DNA of 20,000 bases, from the IMG/VR virus record IMGVR_UViG_3300033121_000366. One strand, 5' to 3'. A model generated the notes under the pieces. That model searched no databases. It saw only the letters and a program-made list of their open reading frames with translations, and was not told the DNA's origin. A program made the position numbers and the translations under genes. Positions 1-6,517 of this stretch are shown piece after piece (the first letter of the stretch is position 1; each line of letters starts with the position of its first letter). The stretch is from an uncultured virus (IMG/VR IMGVR_UViG_3300033121_000366). Taxonomy: Duplodnaviria > Heunggongvirae > Uroviricota > Caudoviricetes.

Positions 1-855
1 CATAACTCTAAATAATTTTTTAATTTCTGCTGGTCTTGTCATATCTTTTTTATCAGCACCACTTAGAGTATCAGCTTTTTCTTTTGAAGTAGAAAGATTA
101 CCTAATGAATCTAAAACAACAAATATTTTTGGCATTTCTCCGCCACTTTTACGTTGAATATTTAATTGTTCTGCAATATTTCTCAATAAGTTTATAGCCA
201 TACTAATATCATCCACTGGTTGATAATCGACCAGTTCTGAATTAATACCAAAACGTTCCATCATATCAATATCAACTGCATTTTCAGTATCTATCCAAAT
301 GATATAATATCCCATTTTTTGGGCTTCTCTGGCAGAATTCAATGCTAAATATGTTTTACCTGTATTGTGTGATGATATACCCATATTATCAAAACCTGTA
401 CCTGCCCAATATCTATGATTTTCATGCTCAACTTCAAAATCATATACTATTTCTTTATCATTATTAGTTACAATATCAATAATTTTTTCTAATCCATTTT
501 TAGTAAGAATATTATCACCTATAGATAATTCATCTGCATGATACCAACCATTATCAGTTTCTATCAAATGATCATTTGAACATGAAAGTTTATTTTTATA
601 ATTTTCTGTAAAAATATTTTTAATAACTCTTTCATTTTTTATCCAAAAATCACCAATTGATTGGTAACCATCAGGTGTATCAATTATTATCTCATCTTCT
701 TTATGATTATAAATTAAATCTTTTATTGGTATTGTTTGTTTATTTTTTTCTATTATACCATAAAAATCATTTTTAATGCAATCTAAATCATGTATAACAT
801 AATGAGGATTATAATATAATATCTCATTCAACATCTCTTGTTCTGTAAAATTCAT
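1..855 (-). CDS. recA: RecA/UvsX recombinase C-terminal fragment preceded by the C-terminal half (IntC) of a split intein; runs off the window edge
   Basis: Not in the ORF track; translated by hand from ATG at 855 (alternative ATG at 834) and open to position 1. Sequence: MNFTEQEML...TIPIKDL...DTPDGYQ...LSCSNDHLIET...IVYDFEVEHENHRYWAG...ISSHN|TGKTYLALNSAREAQKMGYYIIWIDTENAVD...KIFVVLDSLGNL...DMTR. It has intein blocks B, F and G, then the RecA GKT, catalytic DTE and Walker B VVLDS motifs. Confidence 0.93.
   Translation of the reverse strand, partial: MNFTEQEMLNEILYYNPHYVIHDLDCIKNDFYGIIEKNKQTIPIKDLIYNHKEDEIIIDTPDGYQSIGDFWIKNERVIKNIFTENYKNKLSCSNDHLIETDNGWYHADELSIGDNILTKNGLEKIIDIVTNNDKEIVYDFEVEHENHRYWAGTGFDNMGISSHNTGKTYLALNSAREAQKMGYYIIWIDTENAVDIDMMERFGINSELVDYQPVDDISMAINLLRNIAEQLNIQRKSGGEMPKIFVVLDSLGNLSTSKEKADTLSGADKKDMTRPAEIKKLFRVM
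364..855 (-). mobile_element. Split intein C-fragment (long IntC, about 164 aa) of the RecA/UvsX intein
   Basis: Block B SNDH, block F VYDFEV...HRY, terminal His-Asn (367-369, 364-366), followed by Thr+1 (361-363). Confidence 0.9.
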
Positions 856-2092
856 TTTTTATTTCCTTTAATATAAAATTTAATTTATCAAATTTTTCAT
901 AATCATAAATAACATAATATTTATAATTATTGTTTAATGCACAATATTTTTTAAGAGTTTCTTTTTTTATTGTTTCGTAATAATTATCTTTAGAATATGG
1001 ATGTTTCCATACATTTTTTTCATCTTCTGTTAATAGAAGTGATGGATGTACATGCGAGCCATTATATTCTATAATAATTTTTAATTCTGGTATACAAAAA
1101 TCATAAAAATATATTTTATCATCTATATTTAAAAAAATTTCAGAATCTTTATATAAGTATATCAAATCTAAATTTAATTCTTTTATTATAATATCAAAAT
1201 ATTTAACTGATTCGTTTGAATAAAATCTTACATTATTATTTCTAAATTTTTTCAAAGCTATAGATGTTTTTTCTTCTATAGTTTTATTTTTCATTTTTTC
1301 AACCCATTTAGATTGTCTATCATAGAATTTTTTTGTACCTTCAATTTCACCATATTTAAGAATACATTTTTCTAAAGTAAATGTCGATTGTCTATCAATC
1401 AATAATTTATAAGCTTTTTCTATATCATTATCAGCATATTGCATCCAATATTCAAGAGTTGTATTATATTGAATTTTATAATTATGATTTATTTTATTAT
1501 TTTCTTTTCTTGATGCTGAACCTATAGATTGTCTTTTTTTAAGTTGTAATTTAGCTTCATCTATAGTATAAAATATACCAGTAATTGGATTTATTTTATC
1601 TAAAAAATAATCATATCTTAATGATGAACCTTTTTTTAAATTTATATTTTTTATTTCAACATCAGAATATTTAGAATTAAATGTATTATTCATTTTTGTA
1701 TGAATATCATCGTATAATTCTTTTCTTTTTATAATAGCATCATAATAACTCAAAGAGTATTTTTTTTGAATTTTTTCTATACTCAAAGTTTTTTGCAATT
1801 TACTAATCAATTCGGAACCTTCACTAATAGAATAACCTCTATTAATATAAAAATCTATAGATTTATTGGACATTATAGGTTCAAATCCTAATAATCTCAT
1901 ATCAAATCTAGATAATAAAGTTATTTCTTTAGATTTATATTTACCATATAAATCTAAATATTTAACATACTTATCATTTAAAAAATCTAAATTATTAGTA
2001 TTTAATATACTATACATCTTATTTAATTCCTTTACAAAGGAATCAAAAGTTAATGCATAATCATTATCAAAAAATATTTTCTTTCTATTCAT
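824..2092 (-). CDS. Free-standing putative homing endonuclease (Vsr-like/DUF559-type PD-(D/E)xK C-terminal domain) between the two recA halves
   Basis: C-terminal YSNES...FYDFCIPELKIIIEYNGSHVH motif; repeated TLE..(KYG) helical modules; lies between IntN and IntC in a different frame from both. Confidence 0.82.
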   Translation of the reverse strand: MNRKKIFFDNDYALTFDSFVKELNKMYSILNTNNLDFLNDKYVKYLDLYGKYKSKEITLLSRFDMRLLGFEPIMSNKSIDFYINRGYSISEGSELISKLQKTLSIEKIQKKYSLSYYDAIIKRKELYDDIHTKMNNTFNSKYSDVEIKNINLKKGSSLRYDYFLDKINPITGIFYTIDEAKLQLKKRQSIGSASRKENNKINHNYKIQYNTTLEYWMQYADNDIEKAYKLLIDRQSTFTLEKCILKYGEIEGTKKFYDRQSKWVEKMKNKTIEEKTSIALKKFRNNNVRFYSNESVKYFDIIIKELNLDLIYLYKDSEIFLNIDDKIYFYDFCIPELKIIIEYNGSHVHPSLLLTEDEKNVWKHPYSKDNYYETIKKETLKKYCALNNNYKYYVIYDYEKFDKLNFILKEIKNEFYRTRDVE

Positions 2093-2093
2093 A

Positions 2094-2127
2094 TTAACTT
2101 TTTTATTTTATATATTAAAAAAGTTAA
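2094..2127 (-). promoter_or_regulatory. Perfect 12-bp inverted repeat immediately upstream of the endonuclease ATG (probable translation-repressing hairpin)
   Basis: TTAACTTTTTTA (2094-2105) pairs with TAAAAAAGTTAA (2116-2127), 10-nt loop; the stem ends 1 nt from the ATG at 2092. Confidence 0.6.
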
Positions 2128-2136
2128 CCAGAATGT

Positions 2137-2436
2137 CTAGCTTTCAGTATTTATTTTTCTATCTCTTTTCAAAGTTTTCATTATATAACAATCAATTGTT
2201 TCACTACCAGGTAAACATCCACTTTGACCAGCAATCATAGTAACTCTACCTTCTGGTATACCTCTAAAAAGACTTCCAGTTACTTGTGCATTTAATAAAT
2301 AATTACCTAATGGAATCCACGCATTAATTTTACTAAATGGATTATTTTTTAGCACTGAACTTTCTGGATTGATTTTTGTCAAATGATTGCAAAATGTTGC
2401 AAAAGAAAATGGTGCACTTTCTGTTCTTTTAGCCAT
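2137..2436 (-). CDS. recA: RecA/UvsX recombinase N-terminal fragment (73 aa) fused to a very short split intein N-fragment (26 aa)
   Basis: WIPLGNYLLNAQVTGSLFRGIPEGRVTMIAGQSG is the UvsX/RecA segment leading into Walker A; it is followed by intein block A CLPGSETI and a TAG stop 26 codons later. Confidence 0.92.
   Translation of the reverse strand: MAKRTESAPFSFATFCNHLTKINPESSVLKNNPFSKINAWIPLGNYLLNAQVTGSLFRGIPEGRVTMIAGQSGCLPGSETIDCYIMKTLKRDRKINTES
2140..2217 (-). mobile_element. Split intein N-fragment (atypically short IntN, 26 aa)
   Basis: Cys1 (TGT at 2215-2217) begins CLPGSETIDCYIMKTLKRDRKINTES*. Joining the exteins restores G-Q-S-G-T-G-K-T. Confidence 0.87.
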
Positions 2437-2438
2437 AA

Positions 2439-2732
2439 TTATTTCTTTGTATATTGTTCGTTATTAAATGTGCCAATTTTTTTGGCAATGTTATTATATT
2501 TTTCAGTAAGAAACGTGTGTATCAAGCTCTCCATAGCTTCATCTTCTGTATTATAGAATAAACTATACTCATTCATTATAAACCAAAACCATGACTGTTC
2601 TAATGGATGAAAATTTAAATATCCTATAACACCTTTTCTTGATTCTTCTCGAACTATTATAAGTCCGTCATGTATTTTAGCTTTTTCAAATTTTAAGTTT
2701 GAAGTTGGTCCTGTAGTAATTATATTATTCAT
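2439..2732 (-). CDS. Hypothetical protein (97 aa)
   Basis: Tightly packed ORF in the minus-strand operon; no recognised motif. Confidence 0.7.
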   Translation of the reverse strand: MNNIITTGPTSNLKFEKAKIHDGLIIVREESRKGVIGYLNFHPLEQSWFWFIMNEYSLFYNTEDEAMESLIHTFLTEKYNNIAKKIGTFNNEQYTKK

Positions 2733-2929
2733 TTTTTATCATATGTAATAAAACTGTTAGCAATAGAAAAAATAAGGTTAATATTCCCCAAAATGCAAAT
2801 CCACCCCCAAAACGGTAATGTAACATACCACCAAGACCAATCAATAACATTACATAATTTTAAAATTACGAATGCTATACCTAACAAACCAAATATACTT
2901 ATACCAGATTGTGTTATATTTTTACTCAT
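2729..2929 (-). CDS. Small phage membrane protein (LKLxxVIDWSWWxV type), possibly frameshifted near its C-terminus
   Basis: Hydrophobic GLLGIAFVILKLCNVIDWSWWYVTLPFWG motif common in phage small membrane proteins. Confidence 0.75.
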   Translation of the reverse strand: MSKNITQSGISIFGLLGIAFVILKLCNVIDWSWWYVTLPFWGWICILGNINLIFSIANSFITYDKK

Positions 2930-2940
2930 ATATTTTTAAA

Positions 2941-3291
2941 TTAAATTCCTAAATCATCTCTTAAACGTCGTATTTCATCATCTGTATGTTTATTTGCTGC
3001 TATTAGATTAGCATCAATTTTCGCATCTAATTTTTTAATTTCTTTTTTAATATCTTCTATATCAGTTACTAAATTTTCAAATTTATCATCCACCGCAGTG
3101 AATTTAGTATTCATTTGACCATTCAAATCAGAAATTTTCGTATTTATATATGATATAATCCAATTTATAAAAATAATTATATCCTTTATTAAGGGGCCAA
3201 TATATGCACTTGGATATTTTTTATCGGCACCATCACCTTCGGTTATCGGTTTATATTTTGTTAAAAAATCATCGACATTGAAATTTTCCAT
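2941..3291 (-). CDS. Hypothetical coiled-coil protein (116 aa)
   Basis: Heptad-like C-terminal half (ISDLNGQM...IEDIKKEIKKLDAKI); operon packing. Confidence 0.7.
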   Translation of the reverse strand: MENFNVDDFLTKYKPITEGDGADKKYPSAYIGPLIKDIIIFINWIISYINTKISDLNGQMNTKFTAVDDKFENLVTDIEDIKKEIKKLDAKIDANLIAANKHTDDEIRRLRDDLGI

Positions 3292-3299
3292 AACACTTA

Positions 3300-4088
3300 T
3301 TATTTTTTATACATTGCATCATCTATATAATAATCTTCTACTGTTGGTATGTTTACTTGTACATAATCCGATATTTTTTGTTTAAATAAATCTATATTTT
3401 TATCAGTTTCATCTGTTTTGATTATAGATTTAATAATAAAATTACAAGTTGTAAATTTATTTTTAATTATTTCAATATCAGAAATAGATTCGAAACCTGT
3501 ATAATGATATAATATATTTACTTTTTTACCAGTATTCAATTTATATTTATTACAATAATTAACAATCTTTTGTAATCTTAAATATAAGATACCATGATTT
3601 TTAAACATATCATTTCTATCTTTATCATTCAAAGATGTTATATTGAAAAATAAATTAAAATCTTTATATTTTAAAGACATATTTAAAATTCTACTTAAAA
3701 TATCTGGATATTCTACTCCAACAGTATAAAGATTAAATGTAAAATTTAAATTTTTACAATACTCTACAAATCTTTCAACCTCTACCCAATTCATCATTGG
3801 TTCACCACTACATAAATTATCAATTTCTACTCTTGAATATTTTTCATTTGTATTTTTAACAGAATCCAAAACAGTATTTAATTGCTGTTTCATTTCATCT
3901 AATGTTAAATTTCTATAAAAGGAATTACCAAACTTACAATATTTACAACCTATAACACATCCTGATTGTACAGATATTGATATTTTTAATGTATCATTAA
4001 CAATATAAGCAAATGATGTATTATTTTGTTTTTTTTCTATATCTAAAATTACTGGTTTAATAATTTCATTATTTTTATTGAGATTCAT
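3300..4088 (-). CDS. Radical SAM protein of RlmN/Cfr-like ancestry, divergent (likely start ATG at 4088 rather than 4205)
   Basis: ISISVQSGCVIGCKYCKFG (CxxxCxxC with RlmN-like SxQxGC lead-in), RNLTLDEM..Q and GEPMMN. A start at 4088 avoids a long overlap with the upstream ORF. Confidence 0.78.
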   Translation of the reverse strand: MNLNKNNEIIKPVILDIEKKQNNTSFAYIVNDTLKISISVQSGCVIGCKYCKFGNSFYRNLTLDEMKQQLNTVLDSVKNTNEKYSRVEIDNLCSGEPMMNWVEVERFVEYCKNLNFTFNLYTVGVEYPDILSRILNMSLKYKDFNLFFNITSLNDKDRNDMFKNHGILYLRLQKIVNYCNKYKLNTGKKVNILYHYTGFESISDIEIIKNKFTTCNFIIKSIIKTDETDKNIDLFKQKISDYVQVNIPTVEDYYIDDAMYKK

Positions 4089-4350
4089 TTTGAATTTTTT
4101 TAATATTTTTAAGAATAGATGTTTTATCATTTCTGTATTCTCTTTTAAAGATTTCAAATTTATCATTTGAAATCTTATAGTCCTTTTTAAAGTCTTTAAA
4201 TTCAATAGACATATCTATAATAATTTTTAACATTTTTTGCTGTTGTTCATCATTATATGATATATAATTAGATAATATCTTTCTAGTTCTATATAAAGTA
4301 TAAAGAATATAAAATATTATAAATATTAATATTATATCTATGTATGTCAT
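4075..4350 (-). CDS. Hypothetical protein with an N-terminal membrane anchor
   Basis: IDIILIFIIFYILYTLY hydrophobic segment followed by a charged helical region. Confidence 0.7.
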   Translation of the reverse strand: MTYIDIILIFIIFYILYTLYRTRKILSNYISYNDEQQQKMLKIIIDMSIEFKDFKKDYKISNDKFEIFKREYRNDKTSILKNIKKIQNESQ

Positions 4351-4353
4351 ATT

Positions 4354-5328
4354 TTAAAATAAAGTTTTAACAGATACTAAATTGTATGGTATTTTTGGTT
4401 TACCTAATGCTTCCATAAATCTATTTATAGGATCTAAAATACAGTTAGAAAACATTAAATCATAATCGAAATTTGGAGCTATTTCTGCTGGAAAATTACC
4501 TTGTGCGTAGCCAAAAACTTCCCAAGATTTTGATTCATCTTTAACATAATAATATTTTATTTTGTTACCAGATTTTATCAAATTATACTTACTTTTATAT
4601 TTGGAATTATTTAATTTATAATTATGTATTGCGGCAGCTTTTACATGAATTGGACATTTTGATTCTAGTTCTAAACCATTTCTATCATTCAAAACATATT
4701 TTTCATAATCATTAACATTTCTAGATAAAGAAATGTTTTCAATATTTTGTAATTTAAAATCAGATTTCAATGCTTTTATTTTATTCATAAAAACAGTTGT
4801 ATCAAAATTCTTACCCTTTTCAATAATAAATTTTATTAAACTGAATAATGATTCCCTGGCAAATGTTGGATAAGAAGATTGAGAAGTTTCAATACCTTTG
4901 GTATATATTTTTTGCTGTGGTTTATAATAAATACCATTTTCACCACCATCTTTCCATGCCATATCCAACACATATTTTTTCTTAGAAGTCCATATACCAG
5001 CATATGATATAGATTCCATTTCAAACTCGTGCAAATTTTCTGTATTCCATTTTTTTGCATATTTCTCATGCATTTTAATAAAATAATCATTTAATCTGTG
5101 TTTATAAACTAAACGGATGAATTCTATAGGATCTATTTTACCATTTTTCCATTCAATGACAGAATCATATGCTTCTTCGAATGATACATAACTAGAATTA
5201 TGTACAAGTATATCATTAGCTATAAATGTATGTGTATCATCATTAATTTCTAAATCATATACATATTCATCTTCAAAATTACCTATACATTCACAACTCT
5301 CAACATCATCAAAATAATATTCAATCAT
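4354..5328 (-). CDS. polB: Family B DNA polymerase C-terminal fragment (palm/thumb) preceded by a 44-aa split intein IntC
   Basis: YVYDLEI...HTFIANDILVHN|SSYVSF (intein blocks F/G), then FEME, KKKYVL, TKGIETSQSS and PIHVKAA, which are T4 gp43-like C-terminal motifs. Confidence 0.93.
   Translation of the reverse strand: MIEYYFDDVESCECIGNFEDEYVYDLEINDDTHTFIANDILVHNSSYVSFEEAYDSVIEWKNGKIDPIEFIRLVYKHRLNDYFIKMHEKYAKKWNTENLHEFEMESISYAGIWTSKKKYVLDMAWKDGGENGIYYKPQQKIYTKGIETSQSSYPTFARESLFSLIKFIIEKGKNFDTTVFMNKIKALKSDFKLQNIENISLSRNVNDYEKYVLNDRNGLELESKCPIHVKAAAIHNYKLNNSKYKSKYNLIKSGNKIKYYYVKDESKSWEVFGYAQGNFPAEIAPNFDYDLMFSNCILDPINRFMEALGKPKIPYNLVSVKTLF
5197..5328 (-). mobile_element. Split intein C-fragment (IntC, 44 aa) of the PolB intein
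   Basis: Own ATG; ends in VHN with Asn at 5197-5199; Ser+1 at 5194-5196. Confidence 0.92.
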
Positions 5329-6464
5329 TTTATACCTAAAGTATTATTTATAAAATCTTTAATATTTAATTTAGGAACATCAGATTCCCAAATAATATAA
5401 GTTGTTATACCATATTCTTCTTTTAGAGCAGAATATCTAAAATTATCTTTTTCCCAAAGTTCACAAGCTTTAATATCTTTATTTAAAATCTTTAATAGAG
5501 GCATATCATTGGCTTCAAATATTTTAGGATTTCCATGAAATAAATCACCATTATATTCTATACATATATTCAAATCTGATATATAAAAATCTAAACTTAT
5601 AATCTTTTTTAAGGATTTTAATAGTATTCTTTTTTCTTTATTTTTTAAAGAATAATAAATATCTGTTATATTATATTTTTTTAATTCTGATTCTAATTTT
5701 TTAAAAAATATTTTTGATTGTTTTGAAACCGGCTGATATTTTCTATTTGAACAAGCTTCCAATTTTTTAGATAACATATTATAATATTTTTCTTCACCTA
5801 TTTCCTTACCATAAGTTTCTATGAAATATTCATATGTTATACCAGCAGTTCTTTGTTTTTCTATATAATCATTAAATATTTTTTCACCTTTAATATCACC
5901 ATGTCTTTTTTTACAATTATCTAATGTTATGGATCTTGATAAATTATATTCTTCAAATTGTTCTTTTGACCAACCATATTTATCTTTTTTATATTCGAAT
6001 GTGTTGGTTTCAGATTGTTTACTACAATAATTATTCCATACTTTTAAACCTTCATCATTACCATATTTTTTAATCATATTATCTAATGTCATGGCATAAC
6101 GGTCTCTTGAATTAAGAAAATCAACATCTGAAATATCAAATGCAAATTTTGTCATATCAGACATTATATTATATACCTTAGTTTTATTGATATTTTTATA
6201 ATTTTCAAAAGTATATTCCATACAAGATTGGCAAACTGTTAAATTATATTCTTTATCATTAATTATTTTACAAGTTTTATATGTTGTACCACCATATTTA
6301 AATTCCTTTGTTTTTTTATTATAACGTACAATAGTATTATCATAATATATTACATCATTGCACAATCTACATTGTGTAGCTGTATGATCAACATACATTT
6401 GTAAATTTTTAAATGTATTTTTATTTTTATCAATCCTGAACTGTTTTATTAATTCTAATAACAT
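5325..6464 (-). CDS. Free-standing putative homing endonuclease (Vsr-like/DUF559-type) between the two polB halves
   Basis: N-terminal CRLC...CQSC zinc-ligand pairs, repeated TLxxxxKKYG..G modules, C-terminal SKQS...LDFYISDLNICIEYNGDLFHG...WEKD..R...IIWESD. Its TGA overlaps the polB-C ATG (ATGA at 5325-5328). Confidence 0.85.
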   Translation of the reverse strand: MLLELIKQFRIDKNKNTFKNLQMYVDHTATQCRLCNDVIYYDNTIVRYNKKTKEFKYGGTTYKTCKIINDKEYNLTVCQSCMEYTFENYKNINKTKVYNIMSDMTKFAFDISDVDFLNSRDRYAMTLDNMIKKYGNDEGLKVWNNYCSKQSETNTFEYKKDKYGWSKEQFEEYNLSRSITLDNCKKRHGDIKGEKIFNDYIEKQRTAGITYEYFIETYGKEIGEEKYYNMLSKKLEACSNRKYQPVSKQSKIFFKKLESELKKYNITDIYYSLKNKEKRILLKSLKKIISLDFYISDLNICIEYNGDLFHGNPKIFEANDMPLLKILNKDIKACELWEKDNFRYSALKEEYGITTYIIWESDVPKLNIKDFINNTLGIK

Positions 6465-6500
6465 ATATAATCATTATTTTTTATTATAATGTTATATATG
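6462..6500 (-). promoter_or_regulatory. Hairpin that base-pairs the endonuclease start codon
   Basis: On the + strand CATATATAA (6462-6470) pairs with TTATATATG (6492-6500), and CATTAT (6472-6477) with ATAATG (6486-6491), with one bulge and an 8-nt loop. The ATG (6462-6464) is inside the stem. Confidence 0.6.
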
Positions 6501-6517
6501 CTGATACAGGATAAAAA

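Noticed and set aside
2089..2139. TAG reassignment (code 15) or read-through fusing RecA-IntN to the endonuclease
   Set aside because: Reading through the TAG gives TFWLTFLIYKIKKLI and then a TGA, out of frame with the endonuclease. Other genes are intact under the standard code.
824..6517. Group I/II introns joining the gene halves at the RNA level
   Set aside because: Non-coding spacers are only 44 and 53 nt, and the endonuclease ORFs overlap the downstream halves, leaving no room for a ribozyme core. Each half has its own start/stop and intein motifs.
824..6517. Assembly frameshifts breaking ordinary cis-inteins
   Set aside because: Each locus would need two independent errors. The spacers hold structured hairpins, and the arrangement matches the known fractured-gene pattern.
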